Source of the DNA: a virus
Length of the DNA: 64,000 nt
Virus record (IMG/VR): IMGVR_UViG_3300036945_000368
Span: 16,031 to 80,030 of that record
Direction: 5' to 3' (one strand)
A program made the position numbers and the translations under genes. Shown in pieces: positions 27,501-37,314 of the stretch (position 1 is its first letter; each line of letters opens with the position of its first letter). A model generated the notes under the pieces. The model made no database searches, was not told where the DNA came from, and was given only the letters and a program-made list of their open reading frames with translations.

Positions 27501-29466
27501 AAATATCTCTTAATACTTCTAGTACGCTGCGTTGTGAACCAAGTACTGCGTTATATTGGAAACCTTTTGTATTGCAGTATGTAGCCCAATGTTGTAATTG
27601 AACAAGATCAAACTTAGCAGAAGGGTTTGTAATCTTTTGTGAATTAGCAGGATGCTCTAAAACATATCTGAATAAATCTGCAGGGTTACTTGTTGATGCA
27701 TCCACCCAAGCAGAACCATTCCAAGATTTACAGTATGTTTGTACGATTGCATTTAAGCCTTCAATAGAACCGTTAAGTTGATCTGTAGCTTTAATCTTAA
27801 AAGCTGATTTCGCAATCTTAGCTCCAACAGGGTCTAAAGCCGGTGTTGAATTTCTAAAGAATGTTACTGCATGTAAAATGCTTGTATGGTAATATCTGTA
27901 CTCAGGATTATCTTCTACATTATCACCAGTTGTACGTCTAATGCGTATAGAGATGCCATTATTAACTGGAATAATACTATCGTAGATAGAAAAAGTCTTA
28001 GTATAAGTAAATGCATCCTTCTTAGGAGCATCATCACCAATAGTAATTGAGCCTAATGAAATCCAACTTGTATTATAAAACTCAATATCAAAACTTACAG
28101 GAGCAGTTGAACTATCACCAGCGCCACTACCTTTGGCTTTAATCTTACGCAAGCCTTGAGGGAAGTGTAAAGCTATTGTTACACTATCTACTGCTTCAGT
28201 TGAAATAGATGTAGCCCAAGGTCCAGCTGTTACAACAGTCTCTGGATTACCATCACAACCTAATTCAAGATTAGGGTTAGTTGGTGTAACATCCTTACCA
28301 TAAATCGCATTGAACTTATCTAATTGTAATTGAGTAGGTTCTGTTTTTCTATCTAATGTTTCTAAAACATAATCTGTGTAGTTACTGATCGGTTGTTCAC
28401 CAATTTTTAAAGTGGCCTGATCAATTGTTAAAGGTCCATAACCCCAAGTTAAGAGCATAGATAAATAACTATCTCTATCATTCTCATAGGTTAAATAGTT
28501 ATATGAACCTAAAGGAGGTGTCATTTTAACTTTACCTAAGACTACAGGAATAGCCCCATAAGGTGTAGCTTGATTTGATGCACCATCTACCATTAACTGC
28601 CGTTCACTGCTACCGGCATCCCTTGGCCCTGCAGGGACTCTGATTGGGGCGATGTAATTTACTAATGCCATACCAACCATACTAACTGCTACACTACCCA
28701 TTGCAGCAGCGCCAGCAGACCATCCAGCACCTGTTGCACCACCCGCTGTTGCTGCTACTTCAGGTGCAGCTAAGTATGCTCCAGTTTGTACAGCAATATA
28801 CATTACAGCTAAAGATAGTACAAGTCTAGTTGTATCACCACCAGTAGGTACTGAACGGTACTCTACCTTATCATTGTCATTTAAGGTAACCTCTGACCAA
28901 TTAGCTTGATCAATAATCTTACCGTTAACAATAATATTGACCTTACTTTGAATCTCTTCAGGTACGGCATACTCTTTTAAAATCCAGTTAGCTAATACAT
29001 CCAGTTTTGTACCATTAGGTACTGGCATAGTGTAGCGCTCAGTTCGAAGGGGATGAGGAACTACGTTTAAGGTTGTACTATTAGCATTATATTTAAAGTA
29101 ACCAACAATGCGTTTTTTCCAGTAAGGAGAAGCAAAAGCTTCGATAGCTGAATCATAACCATCTCGTGCATGAATAAAATGCGTAGCTGATACTGCAACA
29201 CCGATATGTGAAGCAGACCCCATGATCTTAAATAATACTAGATCACCTTCAGAAGGTACTTCAGTGGATTCCCAACCTTCTTTATATTGAGCGATCAGAT
29301 CAGAAATTCTTTCGATATCGCTGTCTTCATACTCTGAGCTAAAGGATGGAAGCGTAATGGCATACTCATTCTTATAGACTAGTCGGGCTAATCCCCAACA
29401 GTCTACGCCTTCTTCAGTTCTACCTTTGTATTTAAAAGGAATACCGATATAATTATTTGACCACAT
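24547..29466 (-). CDS. central tail tip/host-specificity protein (J-like) fused to an N-terminal NlpC/P60 domain
   Basis: DCWGL...HIGV NlpC/P60; YGAIPVVLG, TSNPA, RGDRVKV J-like motifs; FN3-like repeats. Confidence 0.88.
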   Translation of the reverse strand: MWSNNYIGIPFKYKGRTEEGVDCWGLARLVYKNEYAITLPSFSSEYEDSDIERISDLIAQYKEGWESTEVPSEGDLVLFKIMGSASHIGVAVSATHFIHARDGYDSAIEAFASPYWKKRIVGYFKYNANSTTLNVVPHPLRTERYTMPVPNGTKLDVLANWILKEYAVPEEIQSKVNIIVNGKIIDQANWSEVTLNDNDKVEYRSVPTGGDTTRLVLSLAVMYIAVQTGAYLAAPEVAATAGGATGAGWSAGAAAMGSVAVSMVGMALVNYIAPIRVPAGPRDAGSSERQLMVDGASNQATPYGAIPVVLGKVKMTPPLGSYNYLTYENDRDSYLSMLLTWGYGPLTIDQATLKIGEQPISNYTDYVLETLDRKTEPTQLQLDKFNAIYGKDVTPTNPNLELGCDGNPETVVTAGPWATSISTEAVDSVTIALHFPQGLRKIKAKGSGAGDSSTAPVSFDIEFYNTSWISLGSITIGDDAPKKDAFTYTKTFSIYDSIIPVNNGISIRIRRTTGDNVEDNPEYRYYHTSILHAVTFFRNSTPALDPVGAKIAKSAFKIKATDQLNGSIEGLNAIVQTYCKSWNGSAWVDASTSNPADLFRYVLEHPANSQKITNPSAKFDLVQLQHWATYCNTKGFQYNAVLGSQRSVLEVLRDICAAGRASPALIDGKWTVTIDEAKENIIQHFTPHNSWGFESTKALPKLPDGLRVTYFDEDNNYQESEIIVYAIGKNENNAELFEAIQLPGVTKKSSVIDHAKWHMAQSKLRPEIYTLNVDIEYLVCNRGDRVKVSHDIPMWGLASGRIKNRISSTVFELDEEVPMQSGLNYTIRVRSSNGSSVVRNVQSVGIDGYYSQITLTSSTTSTEVNASDLFMFGELDSEAQDLIVLSIEPTTNKSARITLVDYGVTDTYNIFTDYLTLTASTVFESQITLPPKLTLAGLGDSIPTITKLVSDESVMEKISDGAFKYNLKVSYTNDIKLPATIASVQIQYDYAASTDSLNYNINSTDYTSGSILVPNVVEGETYKVRLRYVTSDGRFGKWTEWANNTIVGKTSLPSQVTNFNYEAELNTGRLRLSWDNNSEIDIKGYEVRTANTGWGTSANRVFSGSTNTCSTLAEDSAHSTTYYIRAYDYGNNYSATSASIIYTAPLPDKPTNLSYVYGSSSNTHSTVTFSWEPPSQINFTIREYKLTITKPDKPTEVLTTASTKYISNADWVGNAVISIEVIDISGNVSPAATLTVPKYVPAPIVSFNADVVDNNVLLRWVLPNKTSLPISHILIKRGVSWEDADKIIGEKSGTFTSIFELAGGNYTYWLAVVDTDDRESTPIPIALTVSQPPDFVFNAEYISTLQATKSNVSNITNSTSLLMLVNNSETWAQHFSNRSWNTPEDQVAANYPIYSQPNTAPAYYQEVFNYNQLLASSSITVEFTGSVVSGTPSVYTEIETSLNGTTWTPPQKLDAIFATNFQYIRVTINALANTTADLYKLDKLIVRLDNKQISDSDSATCLLADSLGTIVNFNKEFIAVQSINLTAAGTTPLTAVYDFNEETISGTYAISSGTITVNATAHGLITGQAVRLAFSSGSGTSGVYIITKINDNQYTAVATGQSSTSGAVVTYAQSMRVYVFNSTSGVRQDARVGWSIKGY

Positions 29467-29509
29467 TAAAATACCTCATAAGAATAGGTTGCTATTAAAT
29501 TATGCTTAC

Positions 29510-30031
29510 TCAGAACATACCGGGGAAATATCTCGGACTGAATGAATGCATTGGAAAAGGTTCTCGTTCTAAATCTACCATTGCTAAATTAGTCGTAACC
29601 GTATTTGCATTATATGTAAAACTGTTAATATAAAAACCTTCAAAAGATACTTCCACTACGTTAGGTGTCTTAGATAAAACTAGTTCCATCTTAATAGAAG
29701 GTGGAGATGTAATTGACCTAATAATAGGTGTAATTAATCTCGTCACATCGTGCAATGTAATTGAGCATCTAGGAGCTTGTGCTTCATCTTCACTAGGCAG
29801 ACCAATTTCCATAGGTAAGAATATATAATCCTGCCCATTACTTTTTACACCGTATACAATCTCAGTATCTGTTTCACTAAGCCGTTGAGTATATCCGTCA
29901 GCTAATCTTGCAATTACATTTGACGGATTTTCAGGGTCATAGATAGTTAGTAAAAAGATTAAATCAGAGTCAGCTTCTGGAGAGAAAACTGCTCTGAGTG
30001 CTTCTGGTGACATGGTAGTTAAACGACTCAT
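29510..30031 (-). CDS. minor tail protein (DUF1833-like)
   Basis: Position after TMP; C-terminal FSPRYFPGMF. Confidence 0.75.
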   Translation of the reverse strand: MSRLTTMSPEALRAVFSPEADSDLIFLLTIYDPENPSNVIARLADGYTQRLSETDTEIVYGVKSNGQDYIFLPMEIGLPSEDEAQAPRCSITLHDVTRLITPIIRSITSPPSIKMELVLSKTPNVVEVSFEGFYINSFTYNANTVTTNLAMVDLEREPFPMHSFSPRYFPGMF

Positions 30032-30393
30032 GGTAGAATCTCTAGCTGCAATGAAACTGAGTAAAGTTCGGGCATAATATAACTAGTTGAATATAATGCG
30101 CCATCGCCTTGAGCTACTACTCTTACTTCTACTGTTTGATTAGTCCTCGGATGTACAAAACCAAATCTAGCTGTACCTTGCAAAGTATCCTTTAGGAATG
30201 TTTCAAGGGTTGCTACTTGAGTAGTTGATAGATCGTATGATACTTGCATAGTATCTGGTCTTGTACCTCTTCTGCGTATCTTCGCAGGTCCAGCATCCAT
30301 AGGAGTTCTAAGTAATAAAACTCCACTGGACTCTGAATAGTTTGTTTTAGGTTTCTGCGGTAATGTTAAAGGCCAGATAAAACTGTAAGCCAT
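30028..30393 (-). CDS. distal/minor tail protein
   Basis: WP.TLP...RTPMDAGPAKIRRR; directly after TMP. Confidence 0.8.
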   Translation of the reverse strand: MAYSFIWPLTLPQKPKTNYSESSGVLLLRTPMDAGPAKIRRRGTRPDTMQVSYDLSTTQVATLETFLKDTLQGTARFGFVHPRTNQTVEVRVVAQGDGALYSTSYIMPELYSVSLQLEILP

Positions 30394-30395
30394 AA

Positions 30396-33300
30396 TTATC
30401 TCCTAATAAGAGCTGGTTGAATACCATATGTTGATTTCATAGCTTTCTGTGAAGAGCTACCACTGCGAGTTACTTCGCCAGCTGTCATATCGCCAATAAT
30501 AACTTCTACCTTTCTATTTCCTCTTGAGTCCGTAGTCTCTTGGGTTGTAGCTTGTGCATTTGTGTTATTGATAATACTGACAGAAACATTACTGCCGCCA
30601 CCTTGTGATTGAACACCTAAGGAACCATCCGGACCTCTACGTAGTGGCATAATAGCTTCTGGACCAGCTTCACCCATTAAACCAGTGCCCTTAGCAAACT
30701 TAAATAAAGTAGGACTATCTACGATTGAATTCGTGAATGAACCACCTTTAGCGAAGGCTTGTACTCCGTTGTTCCATGCACCACCTAATGCTTGTGGCAT
30801 TGGGCCTACAAAGTTCTCAGAGCCCGGTGTGTACTGTCCACCAGTCATTCCACTATAAACCCCTTTGATTGTATTTAATATACCTAAGGAGCCACCTGTA
30901 GTTTGATACAATGAAGACATTTGTGCTTGCAACTCAAAACGAATTAAGTTACTAAGCATAGAATCAATCAAACCTTTAAAACTAAATTCACCTGTTTTAA
31001 CAAAGTTTAGAATTGCATCTCCCATACCTTGAAACACATTTGAAAAAGCATCGTTATAAGCATTTAAACGCTTTAAGGACATATCATTATATCTAGCTTC
31101 AGCATCATCAGCAGCTTTAGCAGCAGCTATTTTAGCAGCAGCTAAAGTGTTAGTTGAATCAAGTCTAGTCTGATCTAAAGCCTTTTGCGCTAATGCAGCT
31201 TGCTCAGTATCTTTAGGAGAACCTTCTAAGTTTTTCTCAGCTTGTTTAATGCGCTGTTCAGCAGCGGTAATAGCTGGAATCAACTTATTATACTCATCAC
31301 GATAAGCTTTAATACGTTCAGCTGAAGCGCCATAAGCACCAGCCAATTCCTTCTCAGCTTCGTATGAAGCACTACGTTGATTAGCAGAAGATGCAACAGT
31401 TTTACTAAAATCTATGTAAGCATCCTTGGATTGTTTAATAACTTCTCCAATAGCTCTCATGTTTTCAATAGAGCGGGTAGTAACAGTGTCGGCAATACCT
31501 TTTTTAGTGTTCTCTAAGCTTTTATTTAACTCTTCAAAAGTAGCAGTTAAGTTCTTTACGTCCTGAGAACCAGCACCAGATTTGGCAGATAATGCCTTAT
31601 ACTGAATAGCATAAGCGTCTGCGAATTGCTTCTGAAACTTTTCAACAACAGCCAATTGAGAAGATTCAGACTGTTCTAAGAGTTTAGTATCTTCAGTTAC
31701 ATATTCTGAGCGATCTTTCAAACCGATATCATAGTAGAACTTAAGAACTTTGCGCTTATTATCGTTCATAGATTGAGCCATTTTTAACTCTTCACTATAA
31801 CCTTTTTGAGCGATCTCTAAATTGTTTGGTAATGCAGCTTCACCGAAGATTTCTTTACGAATTCCAGCTAATATTTTAGCTTGTTCAGCTTCACCTATAC
31901 CAGCCTTAAGAGCAGCCTCCTGAAGTTTCAATCTTTCAGCTTCAAATCTTGCTTGTTTAGATAAGGATGCTTCAGCATATTTTCCGTATTTAATTCCAAA
32001 TTCAGCAAAAGCGTTAGATTTATCTTTTGCTTGAGCTACTTTTTCTTCGTTCTCAACCTGTGCTTTCAAACCATCTACAATTGCTTGTTGCTTAGTTAAC
32101 TCTGCTGCTATGAGAGGTCTATCTTTATTACTGGCAAATTGTAATTTATTTAGTTCATCGGTTGCAGCATTTAATTGGCTTGTTAAATCTCCCTTTCGAC
32201 CTGCATTCGCAATTCGGTCCCACATTGAAGAAGCAGCCCTACCTACAGTGTCGAAAAAGGATTCTAAATAACTCATGTCTTTTTGAATATCAGAAGAAGC
32301 TTTTTTCATGGCATCAGAATAAGAATTAATAGCCAATGTCGCGGCTTCTGTTTTCTTACCTTGTTTTTCTAAGCCATCCACGGCTTTCATAATCTCTGGC
32401 GAAATTAAACCAGTGCTTTTAGCTAATTCACGAATAGCTTCAGTTGGTTTCTCGCCTAATTTACTAAATTGCTTAATTGTATCTTCAATTGGTATACCAG
32501 CTGCCTTATTTAAATCGATAGCAGCAGAAGTTACAGCCTGCAAATTATCTGCAGAAATATTTCCAGCTTTAGCTGATGCGGCAATAGCTTGAGCAAACGC
32601 TCCAACGTTGCCTTTAGCTCCTGCATATGTCTTAGATAGAGCTATTGCTTGATCATTGGTAATACCTAAAGCACCTCCTGAAAGGGTTACAGCTCTAGAC
32701 AGTTCACCTTCTTGCTTAATTACTTCTTTTAGACTTACTGCCATTGCAATAAGCGTAGCAATAGCAGCTACAACTATACCACCAGTAAAAACCTGAATAG
32801 CTACACTGATGCCATTTAACACCGAAGATAATCCAGTTTTACCTGTAATAGCTTCCTTAAAAATTAAAGATTCTTTAAGTTTATCAAGAATAAAAGTAGC
32901 TCCAGTAATATCGGAACCAAATTTAATAACAGCTTTACCAGCACTAGCTAAGGAGTTGACAACTAAGCCACCAACAGCGATGCCTACGTCTTTTACACTA
33001 CCTACCATACCTGCAGCAGCGTCTTGAAGTGCTTTACCCATGTCCTTACCTGCGATACCAGCTAAAGCAAGCTGATCTCTTAACTGACCACCCTGTTGTA
33101 GAAGAACAGTCAAAGGGTTTTGACCTGTCATTAAGCCAACACCAATATCGGTAATCTGTGGTCCTAATGCACGAGCTAAGTAATCTACTTGACGGTTACC
33201 ACTCTGTTTATTTGTTTCAGCTAATTTCTTTTTAAATTCGTCTAATTTAACGGTCTGCTCTGCTAAGGTCATACCTGATTGTTTCAAAGCATTCTCAAAA

Positions 33301-34097
33301 CGAATTAGAGCGTTAACAGAACCAGAACCTAAATCTTTATTAGTTTCTTGTAAAGCCGTATCTAAACGATACATTTCTTTTTCAAGATAAGCATTAGCTT
33401 TAGCTGTTTGGTTAATCCACTTCTCTTGGTCCTTGACACTATTAGTAACAGAATTAATAGTAGTAGCTGTCTGTGAAGCAACCTTAACTAATTTCTCGTA
33501 TTCGATATTAGCAGCGCCTACACCCTTATCTTTAAACAGTTCATTTAGGCGTAGCTTATCACGCGCTAACTCTTCCATCTGACCTTTAGTTAAACCAAGA
33601 TTACGGTTATAAAGGTTTTGTACTTCGTTAGCAACTTTTAATCTGTTAGTCCATGCTTCTAATGTACCAATGCTTTTGTCAAAGGGGTCTGTACCCATTA
33701 GAGTACGTTGAGTCTTTAGGGTAGCACCAATGAGGGTTAATTCATCGTTTAAAGCACCAGAGGCTTTAGCGTAAGCTAATACAGAAGATTGACCTTTAGA
33801 ATAACCTTCAGTCATGAAAGCTAAGATATCTTGCTGGCGCTGAAGTACAGATACACTTTCCTTGAGTGGCTTATTACTGTCTTCCTGAGCCTTGGCTAAT
33901 TTAATAGTAGCCATCTCTGCTTTAGCATTAGCTGTAGTAGTTTTAGCTTGTGACTGTGCTAACTTCTCAGAAGCAACAGCTGCATCGGAGACTGGTTTGT
34001 TAAGCTTAGAAACCTCTGTAGTAAGGTTCTTAATAGCTGTTACAGCAGAGACTAATTCACTAGTCTCTACTTTAAATTTTAGCGTTTGTAAGTCCAT
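30396..34097 (-). CDS. tail tape measure protein
   Basis: 1233 aa, Ala-rich helical; PQITDI...GQNPLTVLLQQGGQL; FAKGG...MGEAGPEAIMPL. Confidence 0.95.
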   Translation of the reverse strand: MDLQTLKFKVETSELVSAVTAIKNLTTEVSKLNKPVSDAAVASEKLAQSQAKTTTANAKAEMATIKLAKAQEDSNKPLKESVSVLQRQQDILAFMTEGYSKGQSSVLAYAKASGALNDELTLIGATLKTQRTLMGTDPFDKSIGTLEAWTNRLKVANEVQNLYNRNLGLTKGQMEELARDKLRLNELFKDKGVGAANIEYEKLVKVASQTATTINSVTNSVKDQEKWINQTAKANAYLEKEMYRLDTALQETNKDLGSGSVNALIRFENALKQSGMTLAEQTVKLDEFKKKLAETNKQSGNRQVDYLARALGPQITDIGVGLMTGQNPLTVLLQQGGQLRDQLALAGIAGKDMGKALQDAAAGMVGSVKDVGIAVGGLVVNSLASAGKAVIKFGSDITGATFILDKLKESLIFKEAITGKTGLSSVLNGISVAIQVFTGGIVVAAIATLIAMAVSLKEVIKQEGELSRAVTLSGGALGITNDQAIALSKTYAGAKGNVGAFAQAIAASAKAGNISADNLQAVTSAAIDLNKAAGIPIEDTIKQFSKLGEKPTEAIRELAKSTGLISPEIMKAVDGLEKQGKKTEAATLAINSYSDAMKKASSDIQKDMSYLESFFDTVGRAASSMWDRIANAGRKGDLTSQLNAATDELNKLQFASNKDRPLIAAELTKQQAIVDGLKAQVENEEKVAQAKDKSNAFAEFGIKYGKYAEASLSKQARFEAERLKLQEAALKAGIGEAEQAKILAGIRKEIFGEAALPNNLEIAQKGYSEELKMAQSMNDNKRKVLKFYYDIGLKDRSEYVTEDTKLLEQSESSQLAVVEKFQKQFADAYAIQYKALSAKSGAGSQDVKNLTATFEELNKSLENTKKGIADTVTTRSIENMRAIGEVIKQSKDAYIDFSKTVASSANQRSASYEAEKELAGAYGASAERIKAYRDEYNKLIPAITAAEQRIKQAEKNLEGSPKDTEQAALAQKALDQTRLDSTNTLAAAKIAAAKAADDAEARYNDMSLKRLNAYNDAFSNVFQGMGDAILNFVKTGEFSFKGLIDSMLSNLIRFELQAQMSSLYQTTGGSLGILNTIKGVYSGMTGGQYTPGSENFVGPMPQALGGAWNNGVQAFAKGGSFTNSIVDSPTLFKFAKGTGLMGEAGPEAIMPLRRGPDGSLGVQSQGGGSNVSVSIINNTNAQATTQETTDSRGNRKVEVIIGDMTAGEVTRSGSSSQKAMKSTYGIQPALIRR

Positions 34098-34178
34098 GAT
34101 TTTTCCTATCTATTTGGAATTTTATCTTTAATAACTATGTAATTACTAAAGATAAAAGCCCTCGTTAGAGGGCAGTTA

Positions 34179-34556
34179 TTATTTACCTTTAGAGTTCTTT
34201 TCCTGAGCTTTAGCAAATGTATCTAAGGCTAGGTTATCAAATTTGCGTAGTAAAGTCAGTTCCCATTCTTCGGGGTCTACTTGCAACAAATCGAAATAAG
34301 CTTTCATTTCAGTGAATGTAATAGGTGAAGCACCAAAACCGTTTCCAGTTCTGGTTGTATGTAAGTCTTTAAAGTAACCCCATACATATAAACAACTATC
34401 AGGGATAGTAAGAAGATCAGACAATTCTTTAGGCTTATGCCCTGTCTGTCTCCATACACTTTCCAGATGTTGTTTTACTGTAGCCCCATTCTTATCCTGA
34501 GTATTAAGCTTGAACTCTTGTTCGGCAAAAGCTAGAGCTTGTTCAATTTCCTGTGG
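34179..34556 (-). CDS. tail assembly chaperone GT extension (reached by frameshift)
   Basis: Open +1 frame from the end of G (PQEIEQALAFAEQEFKL...) continuing into track ORF 34424-34179 (WGYF..L...R..GFG.SPI). Confidence 0.8.
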   Translation of the reverse strand, partial: PQEIEQALAFAEQEFKLNTQDKNGATVKQHLESVWRQTGHKPKELSDLLTIPDSCLYVWGYFKDLHTTRTGNGFGASPITFTEMKAYFDLLQVDPEEWELTLLRKFDNLALDTFAKAQEKNSKGK

Positions 34557-34962
34557 GTCGAAAATTGAGAATCTGTGAAGATTCCTCCATCACTTGTTCA
34601 CGAATCCATGAGTGTTCTTTAAAGATTTTAGCTGCAGTTTCTGGAGAGAATTTAACTTCTTCACCGTTATCTGTAATGCCTCGCCAACCTAATACTCGAA
34701 CAACAGCGGTTTCAATAGAAAGTTCTTCGGCATCTTCTAAGGTCATATCCTCTACGTCCTTACCTCTGCGTTTAGCTTGTGTTTGCTTCTGTTGAAATTC
34801 CTTGAACTTGTTTCTACCGAAAGCTTTTACAGTCTTTGATTCTTCACCACGTACTGTAATAAAAGCTCCTGTACCTTCACTCGTAGTTGGTAACCGTACT
34901 TCAAATTCAAAACCAATATCAGCAGCTACGCTTAAGTTATTCTTTGCTAAATCTAATGCCAT
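34543..34962 (-). CDS. tail assembly chaperone G
   Basis: Between tail tube and TMP; GWRGI...FSPE...WIREQV. Confidence 0.85.
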   Translation of the reverse strand: MALDLAKNNLSVAADIGFEFEVRLPTTSEGTGAFITVRGEESKTVKAFGRNKFKEFQQKQTQAKRRGKDVEDMTLEDAEELSIETAVVRVLGWRGITDNGEEVKFSPETAAKIFKEHSWIREQVMEESSQILNFRPTGN

Positions 34963-35015
34963 ATATGTCCTTTCAAGACGTTGATAAGATGAGATAATCT
35001 CGCTATACAGATAAG

Positions 35016-35044
35016 ATTATAGCATAATTTTACTTGAAAAGCAA
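35016..35044 (-). promoter_or_regulatory. sigma70-type promoter
   Basis: TTGCTT-17-TATAAT with TG. Confidence 0.7.
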
Positions 35045-35115
35045 GATGCAGACGTAAAAAAACCCCAAGGCTGTTACACCAAGGGGTTTAATTATGTGGC
35101 CTCTAAGGGCAACTA

Positions 35116-36324
35116 TTAGGCTGCAGAATCTTGTACAGCGATTGTAGTAGCTGGAAGACCTGCGCTGATATCAGCATTAGATAAAGCTTGGAAGCTCGTA
35201 GCAGCTACAATACCAAGTTCACCGTCATCCTTTGTAAAGCTACCTAATTTTACCTTAGGGATAGTAAAGGTAATAAAATCAGAGTTCTTGTTTGAGTCAC
35301 TAGTTAATACTAAGACTAAGGAGACAGGTACTTCGTCATTGAAATATGTACGGAAGGCAGCATCTTGGAAGTAAACACTTAAGTTACCGCTAACACGAAT
35401 ACGACCTGTGAAAATATCTGCAACAGAATTAGAACCGACTGTTGTAGCATTTTCTGTAGCACGATCAATAGTAAAATCTGCAGAAGTAACTAAAGCTACT
35501 GGAGCGCCATCAACTAACATTACACCGTTTACAGCAGCAAAAATACCGTTAGTACCTTGAGCAGTCGGGTTTGAGAAATACTGAGTAGTACCAGTTTGTG
35601 CCATATCCTTACCAGCAAAACCTACGTCAATAGTAGTTAAACCAGTTGCAGGTAATTGAACAGCAACACTGTTTACTTTCATACCTGTGAATACTTCAGA
35701 CTGTGCAATATCGCTGTACCATTCTTCAATATTGTAAGACTGGTCAGTATGGCCTGTTGCGGGAACAAAAGTTGTCTTACCAACTGTTGCAATATCTACA
35801 CTAGCGATTGGACCTTGTGGTACAAGAGTAGAACCATTAATTGTAGTAACAGTTAAAACTGTATCAGTTACATTAGTGATTAGTAAGTTATTATCTACGT
35901 TAGCAGCGTTCAAATTAACGCCTGTCAAACGAACAACAGTACCTACCTTGTAACCTTGAGTTAAGTAGTCACCAGCTGCGCGGGTTACTGTAAAAACATT
36001 ACCAGATGCGGCGATTGTAACTGAAACACTAGTGGATGTAACACCAGCGCTGAAATCACGAGCAACAACTGAACCGATAAAATCGGAGTATGAAGCTGGA
36101 GATAACTCACCATTTAAGCTACCTGTTGCGCTACGGACACCGTGGCGAAAGTCAGCAATTTGACGGTCTGTACGAATCTCACCGGATTCATAAGTTTCTT
36201 TTGTTAGGTTAAAGTTAGCAGTAACACGGCGTAATAGTTTAGCACCTGTTGCGCCAGCTAGTGTACCAAAGGCGCTTTCCTTTTTGTAGCCGACTTGTTT
36301 AGCCGTACCTTTTGCGATTGTCAT
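35116..36324 (-). CDS. major tail tube protein
   Basis: KES.FG...SGEIR.DRQ..D.RHG; position; followed by a terminator at 35056-35089. Confidence 0.88.
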   Translation of the reverse strand: MTIAKGTAKQVGYKKESAFGTLAGATGAKLLRRVTANFNLTKETYESGEIRTDRQIADFRHGVRSATGSLNGELSPASYSDFIGSVVARDFSAGVTSTSVSVTIAASGNVFTVTRAAGDYLTQGYKVGTVVRLTGVNLNAANVDNNLLITNVTDTVLTVTTINGSTLVPQGPIASVDIATVGKTTFVPATGHTDQSYNIEEWYSDIAQSEVFTGMKVNSVAVQLPATGLTTIDVGFAGKDMAQTGTTQYFSNPTAQGTNGIFAAVNGVMLVDGAPVALVTSADFTIDRATENATTVGSNSVADIFTGRIRVSGNLSVYFQDAAFRTYFNDEVPVSLVLVLTSDSNKNSDFITFTIPKVKLGSFTKDDGELGIVAATSFQALSNADISAGLPATTIAVQDSAA

Positions 36325-36387
36325 ATTATTTTCTCCAATTAAATTTCATTTGCAAATGAACTGATTTTAGGGTATCAGCAAACCAGA

Positions 36388-36795
36388 TTAGTACGAATAT
36401 ACTTCAGCTACCAATTCGATTAAAACAGGGCAGATTACCTTGTCTGATACTGTAGATGTTCCAGCTACCTGAGGGGTAGAAAGTACATGAATTTTTACAT
36501 TACCTTCTACAAATACGGTACCTTTTTTAAAGTGGTTTCTGACAAGTTCAGCACGAGCTAAAACTTCAGATGTACCCTTATTGGTTGACCCTAAACAGAA
36601 TACTTGCATAGTTAGGCGTTCTCTATGAAAGCCGGTTCCAAGTACAGGGTCTTCTGGAGGTTGTATTGTAAATTGAACTCTTTCGTATAGCCCAACTGGA
36701 GGAGTAAAACTAACACCCTCCCAAGCGATTGGGACTGTAGGTGTTAATGTATTAAGATGCCTTTCAGCAGCTTTTTTAATTTCGATTATTGCCAT
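36388..36795 (-). CDS. tail terminator protein
   Basis: IAWEGV.F.PP...; A..VR.HF.KG; position. Confidence 0.75.
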   Translation of the reverse strand: MAIIEIKKAAERHLNTLTPTVPIAWEGVSFTPPVGLYERVQFTIQPPEDPVLGTGFHRERLTMQVFCLGSTNKGTSEVLARAELVRNHFKKGTVFVEGNVKIHVLSTPQVAGTSTVSDKVICPVLIELVAEVYSY

Positions 36796-37313
36796 GATGT
36801 TGTGCTCCAATCATTATCTGAATTATAGTAATCATCAAGCTTAAGTTGGTAAAAGGCCATAACCTTCTCGGTAGTAGGTTTCATAATACCTTGTGGAGCC
36901 TTCTTAGAAGATGGTACTCCATCTAAACCTTCTAGATTACCGATGTAATGTGCAGGGTTACCAACTATAATATCTTCGCCTAGTTTATAATTCATAAGAT
37001 GAGTGTTAACAGCACCTAATGCAGTGTTACCAGAACTTGCTCCATATAAGGCTTGCTTTTCTAGAGTTCCATCTAAAGCTATTTGCCATGAACCTCTTGC
37101 ATAACCTTCTTCAGGATTTAATCCCCAAACTTGTTCACGCATCGCATATAATGCTGGATACTGATCTGCATCGCCTAATGGGGTATAACCTATAGCTGCT
37201 TCAGCAACACCAACAGAAAATTTTCTAACCATTCTTGCTAGTCTTTGCTCAACATCTGTTGTTAGCTCTTCTAGTTGTTTAGTCAGTTCGTCAGCATTAC
37301 AAGTTACTTTCAT
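36786..37313 (-). CDS. neck/tail completion protein (HK97 gp10-like)
   Basis: TPLGD...G.ARGSW...N...Y...LE...S.KAP.G. Confidence 0.75.
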   Translation of the reverse strand: MKVTCNADELTKQLEELTTDVEQRLARMVRKFSVGVAEAAIGYTPLGDADQYPALYAMREQVWGLNPEEGYARGSWQIALDGTLEKQALYGASSGNTALGAVNTHLMNYKLGEDIIVGNPAHYIGNLEGLDGVPSSKKAPQGIMKPTTEKVMAFYQLKLDDYYNSDNDWSTTSWQ

Positions 37314-37314
37314 A

